Below, one piece after another: positions 36,934 through 46,383 of a stretch of 64,000 nucleotides of DNA; within the stretch, counting starts at the first letter, position 1; each line of letters begins with the position of its first letter. Under the pieces are notes generated by a model that saw nothing but the letters and a program-made list of their open reading frames with translations, was not told where the DNA came from and did no database searches. Made by a program: the position numbers and the translations under genes. The stretch is from Patescibacteria group bacterium (GTDB lineage Bacteria > Patescibacteriota > Patescibacteriia > 2-01-FULL-39-33): contig JBAZKF010000001.1 in assembly GCA_041650895.1 (NCBI GenBank), positions 509,006-573,005 of the forward strand, given 5' to 3'.

Positions 36934-37965
36934 TTATATAAATTTCTCCTGAAGATTAACCGGCGGGGTAGCGCCCAAATGCCGATAAGCCTCTTCAGCT
37001 AAAACACGTCCGCGGGAAGTGCGGTTAATGAACCCCAATTGCAACAAAAACGGTTCAATCACATCTTCAATCGTATCCATATCCTCGGACAAGGCCGCGG
37101 AAATAGTGTTCAAACCGACCGGACCGCCATTAAACTTTTCTAATAACAATTTCAAATACAAATGATCGACATGATCCAATCCTAATTCATCAACCTCTAA
37201 AAGCTTCAAGGCCTCATTGGCCGTCTCTTCATTAATTTTACCATCTTTCTTGACTTGGGCAAAATCACGAACGCGCTTGAGCAACCGATTGGCGATACGC
37301 GGAGTCTGACGAGCGCGGCCGGCAATAATCCCTCTGGCTGTTTCATCCATTTCAATTGACAATATCTTGGCGGCCCGGGAAATGATTTCGCCGATTTCTT
37401 GTTTGTTATAAAAATTCAAACGGAAAACATTACCGAAGCGATCGCGCAAAGGCGAAGACAGACCACTGATCTTGGTGGTTGCTCCGACCAAAGTGAATTT
37501 AGGCAGATTAAGCCGCAAAGTCCGAGCCGACGGTCCTTTGCCGATGACAATATCCAAGGCGTAATCCTCCATAGCCGGATACAACACTTCTTCAATGGAC
37601 TTGTTTAGACGATGAATTTCATCCACAAACAGAATATCACCTTCATTAAGATTGGTCAGAATCGCCGCCAAATCACCGGTACGCTCAATCGCCGGACCGG
37701 AAGTTATTTTGATGTTGGCGTCCATCTCATTGGCGATAATATGCGCCAAAGTCGTCTTGCCCAACCCCGGAGGACCAAAAATCAAAACATGCTCCAGGGG
37801 TTCCTCCCTGGTTTTGGCCGCCTCCATAAAAATCTGTAAATTATCTTTGACCGCCTGCTGGCCGACATATTCGCCCAACGATTTAGGGCGCAAAGTCAAG
37901 TCCAAAACAGTGTCATTGCCGTCGTCTTGAGCGGCAATTACGCGGTCCTCCGCTATTTCTGCCAT
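36934..37965 (-). CDS. ruvB: Holliday junction branch migration ATPase
   Basis: Walker [19 protein letters not shown], Walker [11 protein letters not shown], and a RuvB C-terminal winged helix. Confidence 0.95.
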   Translation of the reverse strand: MAEIAEDRVIAAQDDGNDTVLDLTLRPKSLGEYVGQQAVKDNLQIFMEAAKTREEPLEHVLIFGPPGLGKTTLAHIIANEMDANIKITSGPAIERTGDLAAILTNLNEGDILFVDEIHRLNKSIEEVLYPAMEDYALDIVIGKGPSARTLRLNLPKFTLVGATTKISGLSSPLRDRFGNVFRLNFYNKQEIGEIISRAAKILSIEMDETARGIIAGRARQTPRIANRLLKRVRDFAQVKKDGKINEETANEALKLLEVDELGLDHVDHLYLKLLLEKFNGGPVGLNTISAALSEDMDTIEDVIEPFLLQLGFINRTSRGRVLAEEAYRHLGATPPVNLQEKFI

Positions 37966-38137
37966 ATGGCATTATCTTAACACAAATAACCTAAAAGCCA
38001 AAACTTCATATTAGTCTCTTGACAGAAGAATTAAAGTATGATAAGATGATGAATCATCAATTATGATGAGTCGCACATTGATTTATCGGCAGTTGGCCAA
38101 AACCAAAACCGCCCCAAGGGGCAAGAAAGGAAAAACG

Positions 38138-38704
38138 ATGACCATTAAAGACCTGAAGAATAAAGCTCTACTGCAAGAACTACTGAACAATCCGGAGCTT
38201 TTGGATAATTTAATAACCGATTTGTCACGGTTAATCAGACGCGAGATCTTGAACCTGACCCCGATAATGGAAAAAGTTGGTTCTTTGGTTGGAGAAGCAT
38301 CTGATGATATTGTTCCGCCTATTACGGACATACTGAATGAACTATTGCCAGCAATTTGCGGTATCGGTGGCACAGCCATAGTAAAAATGAATCCCAGCAT
38401 CATCGCCTTGATTGAGTTCTTCCTGAACGAAATGGTTGATGTCAGCGAGGGCATTGAAGAAGCGCAAGGACGACTCTTCAATGCGCGGGCGCGCCTGAGG
38501 AAAGCACAACTTTACGCATACCTGCATACCGGCGACTTCAATCGTTCCGAAGCTATGGCGCTGGTTCTGGCGGATATGGGCTCAGGCAGTATCATGCCTT
38601 CCGCCAACGAATTCATGCAGGGAGCCAAACAGGGAGCCGAAGCGATCAAAGGCATAGGCGGCAAGGTTAGAGCCGCACACCGTGGCCTATCCCAAAAAGA
38701 GTAA
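38138..38704 (+). CDS. hypothetical protein
   Basis: SD AAAGGAAAAACG precedes the ATG at 38138. 188 aa with no recognisable motif. Confidence 0.45.
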   Translation: MTIKDLKNKALLQELLNNPELLDNLITDLSRLIRREILNLTPIMEKVGSLVGEASDDIVPPITDILNELLPAICGIGGTAIVKMNPSIIALIEFFLNEMVDVSEGIEEAQGRLFNARARLRKAQLYAYLHTGDFNRSEAMALVLADMGSGSIMPSANEFMQGAKQGAEAIKGIGGKVRAAHRGLSQKE

Positions 38705-38728
38705 AAAAGTAACTATAAATCAAACGCA

Positions 38729-38910
38729 CCATACGGAAGCCGCTGGCTTCCGTTTTTATTTTTCAAGCTTTTTACTCCAAATTGCACCAAGTACTTGACA
38801 AAAAGTCAAAAATAACATACCATACGGAAGCCGCTGGCTTCCGTTTTTATTTTTCAAGCTTTTTACTCCAAATTGCACCAAGTACTTGACAAAAAGTCAA
38901 AAATAACATA
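38729..38910 (+). repeat. perfect tandem duplication, 2 x 91 bp, each = terminator hairpin + promoter-like module
   Basis: CCATACGGAAGCCGCTGGCTTCCGTTTTTATTTTTCAAGC...TTGACAAAAAGTCAAAAATAACATA is repeated exactly (38729-38819 and 38820-38910). Confidence 0.85.
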
Positions 38911-38914
38911 TGAT
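38886..38914 (+). promoter_or_regulatory. sigma70-type promoter (TTGACA-17-TATGAT), created at the junction of the second repeat copy
   Basis: ttgaca aaaagtcaaaaataaca tatgat. The first copy has TACCAT instead of a -10 box. Confidence 0.5.
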
Positions 38915-39136
38915 TAACTGATTTAGAACTTTAAAAATTTAAAGGAAACTAAAGGAACACAAAAATCCAAAAGGTAAGGAGCGCGGAATAATGGATAAAA
39001 AGGGAAGAAAAGGAGAAGGAAGAAAGAGAGAATGGATTTCGGCTAAACGGAAAAATAAAAGACCCAAACCAAAGCACCCGGCGGCGGCCATGAAAAAAGC
39101 CAAACGCTACCAACCAAGATAGGGAGAATAACAACT

Positions 39137-39376
39137 ATGCCGAAAGACCAGTCGCCCCAAGAGACCGACCCGATCAGGCAGATCATGGCCGATATGAATA
39201 AAGAAAGATGCCCGGCTTGCGGTGGCACCGGCAGAAAACGCAACTTGGAAGACCCTTATAACCGCAATCAGGCCGACAGCGTATGCCCGACCTGCGGCGG
39301 TAGTGGCAGTAAAGCCACAATCAAAGCCAAACTGGTCAGACCGGTGGCGACGAGACCCCACAAAACACCGGGCTGA
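39137..39376 (+). CDS. small zinc-ribbon protein with two DnaJ-type CxxCxGxG motifs
   Basis: CPACGGTGRK and CPTCGGSGSK motifs. SD AGGGAG upstream. 79 aa. Confidence 0.5.
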   Translation: MPKDQSPQETDPIRQIMADMNKERCPACGGTGRKRNLEDPYNRNQADSVCPTCGGSGSKATIKAKLVRPVATRPHKTPG

Positions 39377-39400
39377 AATCCGGCCGAATAGTACTTTATA

Positions 39401-39430
39401 CCCCAACCGACGAGTTGGGGTTTTATTTTT
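39401..39430 (+). terminator. rho-independent terminator
   Basis: ccccaac-cgacga-gttgggg stem followed by ttttattttt. Confidence 0.65.
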
Positions 39431-39448
39431 GTTACAAAAAAAACAGCC

Positions 39449-39477
39449 TTGACAGCTTTTTATCATTACGCTATATT
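39449..39477 (+). promoter_or_regulatory. sigma70-type promoter of the hrcA operon (TTGACA-17-TATATT)
   Basis: ttgaca gctttttatcattacgc tatatt, immediately 5' of the CIRCE element. Confidence 0.6.
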
Positions 39478-39481
39478 TAAA

Positions 39482-39508
39482 TTAGCACTCTCGCTATTAG
39501 AGTGCTAA
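39482..39508 (+). promoter_or_regulatory. CIRCE operator (HrcA binding site)
   Basis: TTAGCACTC-tcgctatta-GAGTGCTAA is a perfect match to the CIRCE consensus TTAGCACTC-N9-GAGTGCTAA. Confidence 0.9.
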
Positions 39509-39536
39509 TAGCGAAAATACCTAATTTTAGCCACTT

Positions 39537-40229
39537 ATGGAGGCCAGACAGGAACAATTACTCAAAGCCATAGTTGATGAATACGTCAAAACCGCCCAGC
39601 CGGTCGGCTCTTCTCATTTGGTAGAAAAATATTTCCCTGATTTAAGCCCGGCCACCATTCGCAATGAATTGGCAGAACTGGAGAGCCAGGGCCTGATTTA
39701 TCAGCCCCACACCTCCGCCGGCCGAATCCCCACTATTCTGGGTTACCAGTACTATATCAATTATTTCGTCATTGACAGCCATATTTCCGCCAAGGACCGG
39801 CAAGAGTTAAGCGGCCTTAATCTAACCAAAAACCATGAAAGCATCAAAACCTTGGCTAAACAGCTTGCAGGCTTATCCGAACAGACTATTATAATCGCCT
39901 TCTCAGCTAATGATCTGTACTACACCGGCTTATCGCACTTGTTCCGTCAGCCGGAGTTCACCAACCTGTCCCTGGTTTGCACTATGTCCGACATTATTGA
40001 TAACCTGGATCGGGTGATCAATTGGTACTTTCCGCAGGCCGACGAAATGCCGCAAATATTAATCGGCGATACCTGTCCTTTCGGCCGCGACGCTTCAGCT
40101 ATTATCGCTTTGGCCGAATTATCAGGACAACCCTTAGTCATCAGTGTTCTAGGGCCCCTGCGCATGGATTATAAAAGAAACCTGGGACTGATAAAACACG
40201 CGCAAGAATTAATCAATAAAATTAATTAG
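39537..40229 (+). CDS. hrcA: heat-inducible transcription repressor HrcA (short form, 230 aa)
   Basis: N-terminal wHTH (RQEQLLKAIVDEYVKTAQPVGSSHL...ATIRNELAELE..G). It lies downstream of CIRCE and is followed by grpE. Confidence 0.85.
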   Translation: MEARQEQLLKAIVDEYVKTAQPVGSSHLVEKYFPDLSPATIRNELAELESQGLIYQPHTSAGRIPTILGYQYYINYFVIDSHISAKDRQELSGLNLTKNHESIKTLAKQLAGLSEQTIIIAFSANDLYYTGLSHLFRQPEFTNLSLVCTMSDIIDNLDRVINWYFPQADEMPQILIGDTCPFGRDASAIIALAELSGQPLVISVLGPLRMDYKRNLGLIKHAQELINKIN

Positions 40230-40239
40230 CACCTAACCT

Positions 40240-40719
40240 ATGTCCGAAGAACAATCCATTGAGCAGTTGCAAGAAGAACTGCTGAAAGAAAAGGAAAAAA
40301 ACGGCGAACTCCTGGCTGGCTGGCAAAGAGCCAAAGCCGATTACTTGAATCTGAAAAAAGATGAAGAAAAAAAGGCCAAAGAAACTTACGAGTGGGCCAA
40401 CGCCGCGTTTATGTCCGAGGTTCTGCCTGTTTATTCCCATTTCAAGCTGGCCTTGCAACATATTCCTGAAGATCAGAAAAAGGTACCTTGGGTGGAAGGC
40501 GTGATTTTTATCCAAAAAACTTTCCAGGATTTTTTTAAAAAATATCAAATAGAAGAAATCAAAACTAACGGCGAAAAATTCGATCCGAATCTGCATGAAG
40601 CCCTGACGCATGAAAAAAAAGACGGCTATGAACCGGATATGATTTTTGAGGAAGTGGCGCCGGGCTATCTCTTAGACGGCAAAGTGCTTCTGCCGGCCAA
40701 AGTTAAAGTAGCCAAATAA
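40240..40719 (+). CDS. grpE: nucleotide exchange factor GrpE
   Basis: Coiled-coil N-terminus with RAKADYLNLKK and a C-terminal beta-domain (LLDGKVLLPAKVKV). Confidence 0.9.
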   Translation: MSEEQSIEQLQEELLKEKEKNGELLAGWQRAKADYLNLKKDEEKKAKETYEWANAAFMSEVLPVYSHFKLALQHIPEDQKKVPWVEGVIFIQKTFQDFFKKYQIEEIKTNGEKFDPNLHEALTHEKKDGYEPDMIFEEVAPGYLLDGKVLLPAKVKVAK

Positions 40720-40747
40720 AATTATCAATAAATTAACCATTAAACAT

Positions 40748-41170
40748 ATGTCAATCATCAAATGGACACCTTTTCCCTTCGTCGATTCCTTTGACGAAGC
40801 GGAAAAACTAATGGGCGATTGGCCCATCACGGCCGGCTCTTTTACCCCGGCCATAGACGTTTACGAAGACAAAGACAACGTCGTAGTGGAAGCGCCACTG
40901 GCCGGCATTGACCCGGACAAAGTGGAAATCGCCATTGAAAACAACATCTTAACCATTAAAGGAGAAAACGAAAAGAAAACCGAAGTGGAAGACAAGAATT
41001 ACTACCGCAAAGAAGTGCGTACCGGATCTTTCTACCGTTCGGTGGCTCTGCCCTCCAAAGTGGAAAGCGATAAAGCCGAAGCCTCTTATGACAAGGGTAT
41101 CTTAAAAATCACTTTGCCCAAATTACCGGAAGCCAAACCCAAAACCATTAAGGTAAATATCGCCAAATAA
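40748..41170 (+). CDS. Hsp20/alpha-crystallin family small heat-shock protein
   Basis: ACD signature FTPAIDVYEDKDNVVVEAPLAGIDPDKVEIAIENNILTIKGE...FYRSVALP. Confidence 0.9.
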   Translation: MSIIKWTPFPFVDSFDEAEKLMGDWPITAGSFTPAIDVYEDKDNVVVEAPLAGIDPDKVEIAIENNILTIKGENEKKTEVEDKNYYRKEVRTGSFYRSVALPSKVESDKAEASYDKGILKITLPKLPEAKPKTIKVNIAK

Positions 41171-41283
41171 TTTTTTCTGCTTGAGGCGGGAAATTGTTCC
41201 CGCTTCGCTGGAGGAAAAATTAAAAATAAAAAAAGCCGGAACCAAGGTTCCGGCAATAAAGAGCTTCAAGAGCAATAACCCGA

Positions 41284-41640
41284 TCAGGAAAAGCTGGCGA
41301 GCAATATGAGCAATAATCGGCCGAGCAACAAGCCGATTAAAAGCGGCGGCAGAATGTAAAGACATTTCCGAGTCAGTATTTCTTTCGGATACTCAAATCC
41401 GGTAAGACCCGAGAATATTCCTTCTGCAAAAAACCAGCCGAAGGCGATGATTATTACAGCCAGCAGACCATTAAAGAACATACAGAGAAATCCCGCGATC
41501 ATCGCAGGAATGCCGTACAAGCTTTGCCAGGTCCCAAATTTAGGTTGTTGGAACCCGATGTTCTCTAATAAGAAATACTTCCCGAAAACATAAACGATGG
41601 CTATCGTAACGACGATTTGCAATATCTGCAAGATCTGCAT
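41284..41640 (-). CDS. small membrane protein, hypothetical
   Basis: 118 aa with 3-4 TM helices. Confidence 0.4.
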   Translation of the reverse strand: MQILQILQIVVTIAIVYVFGKYFLLENIGFQQPKFGTWQSLYGIPAMIAGFLCMFFNGLLAVIIIAFGWFFAEGIFSGLTGFEYPKEILTRKCLYILPPLLIGLLLGRLLLILLASFS

Positions 41641-41652
41641 AAAACAGTCCTC

Positions 41653-41859
41653 CTAAAAGATCTTCTTGTAAGACTCATCGCCAATATCAAAGATGAATGA
41701 AAAGCCGATTGCAAAGATGAAGAAAATAATCGTAAAAAATCCATTAAAACAGGTCATGTTCGTCGTTACCACCGCCAGCAGTATCGTTCCGACGGTGCGA
41801 GGGAAAAAGGACCCAATAAACATTACTGCCAAAACTCCCATAAACGTAAACAGCGGCAT
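41653..41859 (-). CDS. small membrane protein, hypothetical
   Basis: 68 aa with 2 TM helices. SD AAGGAG 7 nt before the ATG. Confidence 0.4.
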   Translation of the reverse strand: MPLFTFMGVLAVMFIGSFFPRTVGTILLAVVTTNMTCFNGFFTIIFFIFAIGFSFIFDIGDESYKKIF

Positions 41860-42010
41860 AATTTTCTCCTTCTTGCGGGTTTAACCCTTTTAGAAAATCG
41901 TTTTAAGGAACACTTGATAATTCTCGGCCACATAACCGATATGCCATTATAGCAAAAATAATTGAAAAAGTCAAGAATAAATAAAAAAATAAGTAAAATT
42001 AAGCAAAAAT

Positions 42011-43927
42011 ATGTCAAAAATCCTAGGAATTGATTTGGGCACGACCAACTCGTGCATGGCTGTAATCGAAGGGGGACAGCCGAAAGTATTAGAAAACAAA
42101 GAGGGCGCGCGCACTACGCCATCCATTATCGCGCAAACTAAAGCCGGCGAACGCCTGGTAGGCATCGCCGCCAAGCGCCAAGCAGTTACCAACCCAACCA
42201 GCACTCTTTTCTCCATTAAGCGCTTGATTGGACGAGCTTTCACCGACAGCGAGGTGCAACGCGATATCACCCTGATGCCTTTTAAGATCGTTAAAGCCGG
42301 CAACGGCGTCAAGATTGAAATGGGCGATAAGGAATACAGCCCGCAAGAAATCTCGGCTATGACTTTAACCAAACTCAAAGAAGACGCTGAAGCCAAACTG
42401 GGAGAAAAAATCACCGAAGCGGTCATTACCGTACCGGCTTATTTTGACGACGCCCAGCGCCAAGCCACCAAGGACGCCGGTGAAATCGCGGGCTTAAAAG
42501 TCTTGCGCATCATCAATGAACCGACCGCGGCGGCTTTGGCTTACGGTTTTGAAAAGAAAAAGGGCCAGCAGATCGCCGTTTACGATTTGGGCGGCGGCAC
42601 TTTTGATATTTCCATCCTTGATGTCTCCGCCGACACCGTAGAAGTCAAATCCACTAACGGCGACACTCATTTAGGCGGTGATGATTTTGATTTGAAAATC
42701 ATGAATTGGATTATTGATGAATTCAAAAAACAAGAAGGCATTGATTTATCCAAGGATGTTACGGCTTTGCAACGCGTCAAGGAAGCGGCCGAAAAAGCCA
42801 AGATTGAACTTTCCACGCAAATGGAAACGGAAATCAATCAGCCCTTCATCACTATGGGCGCTGACAGCTCTCCCAAACACTTGAACATCCGCGTCAGCCG
42901 TTCCCAATTGGAATCCCTGGTCGGCGGTTTAGTTGAACAGACCTTTGAACCGGTCAAAAAAGCTTTAGCCGACGCCAATATGTCCGCTAAGGATATAGAA
43001 GAAATCGTCATGGTCGGCGGCATGACCCGCATGCCCTTAGTTCAGAAAAAGGTTGAGGAATTCTTCGGCAAAAAACCCAATATCTCCGTCAATCCTGATG
43101 AGGTTGTGGCCTTGGGCGCGGCCGTACAAGCCGGCGTATTGCAAGGTGATGTCAAAGACGTCTTACTGCTTGATGTTACTCCTTTGACTCTGGGACTGGA
43201 AACTTTAGGCGGCGTTATGACGCCGTTAATTGATAGAAATACTACCATCCCGACTTCCAAAAGCCAGATATTCTCCACTGCGGCCGATAATCAGCCGGGC
43301 GTGGAAATCCATGTCTTGCAAGGCGAGCGCCCTATGGCTACTGATAACAAGACTTTGGGCAGATTCATGTTGGATGGTATTCCGCCGGCGCCTCGCGGCG
43401 TGCCACAGATTGAAGTAACTTTTGATATTGACGCCAATGGTATCTTGAATGTCAAAGCGCAGGACAAGGCCACCAGCCGCGAACAAAAGATCACCATTAC
43501 CGCCTCTTCCGCCCTATCTAAAGAGGATATTGAGAAGATGAAAAAAGATGCGGAACTCAACGCTGAAGCTGATAAACAGAAACGCGAATTGATTGATTTG
43601 AAAAACCAAGCCGAATCCTTGGTCTTCACCTGCGAAAAAACCCTGAGAGACGCGGGTGATAAAGTATCGGCCGATGACAGGAAGAATGTAATGGATAAAG
43701 TTGAAGACTTAAAGAAGGCCAAAGACGGAACAGATAAGGATTTGATCAAAAAAAACTATGACGCCTTATCCGAGACTATCCAAAAAATCGGCGCGGCCAT
43801 GTACCAGCAACAAGCCGGGCCGTCCAACGGTACCAGAGCCACCGAGGCAGAATCGCCCCAAGGCGCTGCCGAAGCCGGAACTGCGGGTGAACCGGTAGAA
43901 GCGCAATATGAGGAAGTCAAGAAATAA
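42011..43927 (+). CDS. dnaK: molecular chaperone DnaK (Hsp70)
   Basis: [16 protein letters not shown] and a full Hsp70 NBD and SBD with EEVKK-type C-terminus. Confidence 0.97.
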   Translation: MSKILGIDLGTTNSCMAVIEGGQPKVLENKEGARTTPSIIAQTKAGERLVGIAAKRQAVTNPTSTLFSIKRLIGRAFTDSEVQRDITLMPFKIVKAGNGVKIEMGDKEYSPQEISAMTLTKLKEDAEAKLGEKITEAVITVPAYFDDAQRQATKDAGEIAGLKVLRIINEPTAAALAYGFEKKKGQQIAVYDLGGGTFDISILDVSADTVEVKSTNGDTHLGGDDFDLKIMNWIIDEFKKQEGIDLSKDVTALQRVKEAAEKAKIELSTQMETEINQPFITMGADSSPKHLNIRVSRSQLESLVGGLVEQTFEPVKKALADANMSAKDIEEIVMVGGMTRMPLVQKKVEEFFGKKPNISVNPDEVVALGAAVQAGVLQGDVKDVLLLDVTPLTLGLETLGGVMTPLIDRNTTIPTSKSQIFSTAADNQPGVEIHVLQGERPMATDNKTLGRFMLDGIPPAPRGVPQIEVTFDIDANGILNVKAQDKATSREQKITITASSALSKEDIEKMKKDAELNAEADKQKRELIDLKNQAESLVFTCEKTLRDAGDKVSADDRKNVMDKVEDLKKAKDGTDKDLIKKNYDALSETIQKIGAAMYQQQAGPSNGTRATEAESPQGAAEAGTAGEPVEAQYEEVKK

Positions 43928-43947
43928 CAGATAGTTTTATAACGTTA

Positions 43948-43971
43948 AGCTGTCGAAAATTTTCGACAGCT
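43948..43971 (+). terminator. hairpin after dnaK
   Basis: agctgtcgaaaa-ttttcgacagct perfect palindrome. Confidence 0.5.
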
Positions 43972-44027
43972 TTCGTGATGAAAGTATTAAAAAACCCCGA
44001 ACGAGTCGGGGGTACGAGTAATTTTAT

Positions 44028-44255
44028 TTAGCCGGTATCATTACTTTTCTTCTGCTGATTGATCTGACTGAAAAACTGTCCGACGGCGTTTTCGCTATAA
44101 TCAAGAGCGAAAGCGGGAATCAGCAGAATAATGAACAACGCCGGCAACCATCCTGGGGTGATGAAAGCCAGGCAAAGGCAAGCAATTGTCCGAGGCAACA
44201 GCGCCCCCAAGCCAAGCAACAGCAACAACCCTAAGACTTGCAGTAAGTACAACAT
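44028..44255 (-). CDS. small membrane protein, hypothetical
   Basis: SD GGAAAGGAGGGAG precedes the ATG. 75 aa with two TM helices. Confidence 0.4.
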   Translation of the reverse strand: MLYLLQVLGLLLLLGLGALLPRTIACLCLAFITPGWLPALFIILLIPAFALDYSENAVGQFFSQINQQKKSNDTG

Positions 44256-44283
44256 AACTCCCTCCTTTCCTGAGTCAGCCGTT

Positions 44284-44586
44284 TTAATTCTTCACTGCCG
44301 ACAAACTCTGCTTGTGATCCCTGGAGCCATTTTTATAACCCAACAGAAACTGAGGATTCCTCAGCTTTACTCTTAGGTAAAATCTGTCTATTCCCTTATA
44401 GCCGAATACCCAACCTTGACTGTAATCATCTATTTTCTTTCCTCTGTCTTTCGCCCAAAATAGGGTCTTGCCTCCTCCATCTGGATCAATATACTCGGGA
44501 CAATCCTGGTGGTGTCCATTTTTATCCGCTGTACCGCAAAAATAACACTTAACAACAGCCCCTGCTTCGACATTCTGTTCCGGCAT
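44284..44586 (-). CDS. hypothetical protein with CxxC...HHxxC motif
   Basis: Strong SD AAAAAGGAGGAAAACG before the ATG. 100 aa, no family recognised. Confidence 0.5.
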   Translation of the reverse strand: MPEQNVEAGAVVKCYFCGTADKNGHHQDCPEYIDPDGGGKTLFWAKDRGKKIDDYSQGWVFGYKGIDRFYLRVKLRNPQFLLGYKNGSRDHKQSLSAVKN

Positions 44587-44686
44587 CGTTTTCCTCCTTT
44601 TTATTATTGCCTATGGTAATCTTTAATGTGCTTGGTATAATACCAAACATTATACTAAAAAAATAAAAAAGTCAAAATAATAATCT

Positions 44687-45997
44687 ATGGGTCATATTAC
44701 CGCCAAAGAATATCTGGATTTGCAAAAACGCCTGGATGAAAGCGTGCAAGGCGCACCGCCGTCAGATGCCTTGTATCGCATTTTAGAATTGATTTTTACC
44801 AAACAGGAAGCCGAGCTGGCTTCAGTTTTGCCATTACAGCTGTTCACTTCAAAAGAAGCGGCCAAGCGTTGGCAGATGACTGCCGAAGAAGCCGAGAAAA
44901 TCCTCGGGCAACTGGCGGAAAAGGGCGTGATTTTTGATTCTCAAAAAGGCGATAAAACCCTTTACTGCCTAGCGCCGACCATGGCTGGCTTTTTTGAATT
45001 CTCCCTTATGCGCAATGACGGTAAATTCGATCGCGAAGCGCTCTCCAAAGCTTTCTATGAATACATTAATGTCAAAGACGATTTCGTCAAGCAGGTTTTG
45101 GGCATTAGCCCGGCCATCGCCCGGGTCTTTGTCCATGAAACAGCCCTGCCTCCGGAGAGTCACAAAGAAATTTTGGATTATGAGCGGGCCTCGGCTGTCA
45201 TTAAAACCGCCAGCTGTATCACTGTCGGCACCTGCTATTGCCGGCATAAAATGGAACACGTCGGCAAGGCCTGTGATATGCCTCAGGACGTCTGCCTGAC
45301 TTTTAATTCTTGCGCGGAGAATTTGTCCAAACGCGGCATCGCCAAAAAAATCTCTACCGAGGAAGGTTTAGCCATATTGGATAAATGTATTGGCTTGGGC
45401 TTAGTGCAAATAGGCGATAACATCCAGGCCGGAGTCAGTTTTATTTGCAATTGTTGCGGCTGTTGCTGTGAGGCCATTCTGGCCGCCAAACGCTTGGGCA
45501 ATTATGACGACTTCAGAAGCAACTACTTGGCCGTTAATGAACATGAAAACTGCAACGGTTGCGGTGTTTGCGTCAAGCACTGCCCCTTTGAAGCGATAAC
45601 ACTGGTAGAGAAAAACGGCAAAAAAGTGGCTGAAGTTGATCCGACCAAATGCGTCGGTTGCGGCGTTTGCACCAGATTTTGCGGTAAGAAAAGCTTATCG
45701 CTCAAACGACGTGAAGATTTGAAGTATGTGCCGTTTAATACCGTGGAACGGGTAGTGGTAGCGGCTATAGAGGAGGGCAAACTGCAAAACTATATTTTTG
45801 ACAACGCCACTCTTTGGACTCATCGCTCCTTAAGAAAATTCCTCGGCATAATCTTTGCCTTGCCACCGGCCAAGCGCGCCTTGGCCAACCGCCAATTGCA
45901 ATCAAAATTCTTCAGAGCGATCAACAAAAAAGCAATGAGAGAGAGCTACAAAAAACTATACCGAGAAGGCGAGCAATCCGCCGCTTCAAAAAAATAA
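44687..45997 (+). CDS. iron-sulfur protein: Cys-cluster regions (CxCCGCCC) + 2x[4Fe-4S] ferredoxin motifs, function unknown
   Basis: CNGCGVCVKHCP and CVGCGVCTRFCG ferredoxin motifs, plus TVGTCYCRHK..C and CNCCGCCCE clusters. 436 aa. Confidence 0.6.
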   Translation: MGHITAKEYLDLQKRLDESVQGAPPSDALYRILELIFTKQEAELASVLPLQLFTSKEAAKRWQMTAEEAEKILGQLAEKGVIFDSQKGDKTLYCLAPTMAGFFEFSLMRNDGKFDREALSKAFYEYINVKDDFVKQVLGISPAIARVFVHETALPPESHKEILDYERASAVIKTASCITVGTCYCRHKMEHVGKACDMPQDVCLTFNSCAENLSKRGIAKKISTEEGLAILDKCIGLGLVQIGDNIQAGVSFICNCCGCCCEAILAAKRLGNYDDFRSNYLAVNEHENCNGCGVCVKHCPFEAITLVEKNGKKVAEVDPTKCVGCGVCTRFCGKKSLSLKRREDLKYVPFNTVERVVVAAIEEGKLQNYIFDNATLWTHRSLRKFLGIIFALPPAKRALANRQLQSKFFRAINKKAMRESYKKLYREGEQSAASKK

Positions 45998-46073
45998 TTG
46001 ACATAACTGTTATTCTCGGCTTAATTAAGAATTCAAAACACAATTATTTTCATGATTAATTTAACCAACCAAT

Positions 46074-46358
46074 ATGTCCGAACAAAACCAGCCATTAGAA
46101 ATCAAAATAGCTGACAACTCAGCCGGCGGAGAATATGCTAACGCCATGCAAGTGGTGCATAGCAAAGACGAATTCATCCTGACTTTCTTAAACATCGTCC
46201 CGCCCAGCGGCCGCGTCTGCGCCAAAATCATCTCCAGTCCCGGCCATTGCAAACGCATGATCGCCGCCTTGAATGACAACCTAAAAAAGTACGAGGAAAA
46301 ATTCGGTGCCATCACTGAAGCGGAAAGTCCCAAAGAAGAAATCGGCTTTAAGGCTTAA
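46074..46358 (+). CDS. DUF3467-like small protein
   Basis: LEIKIADNSAGGEYANAMQVVHSKDEFILTFLNIVPP...KIISSPGHCKRMIAALNDNLKKYEEKFG matches my memory of the DUF3467 pattern. Confidence 0.5.
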   Translation: MSEQNQPLEIKIADNSAGGEYANAMQVVHSKDEFILTFLNIVPPSGRVCAKIISSPGHCKRMIAALNDNLKKYEEKFGAITEAESPKEEIGFKA

Positions 46359-46383
46359 GTTCTAAATAGATAATTCTAAAAAC

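Noticed and set aside
38729-38910. The 91-bp direct repeats considered as a CRISPR array
   Set aside because: There are only two immediately adjacent identical units with no spacers, and they contain a terminator plus promoter. This is a tandem duplication, not a CRISPR array.
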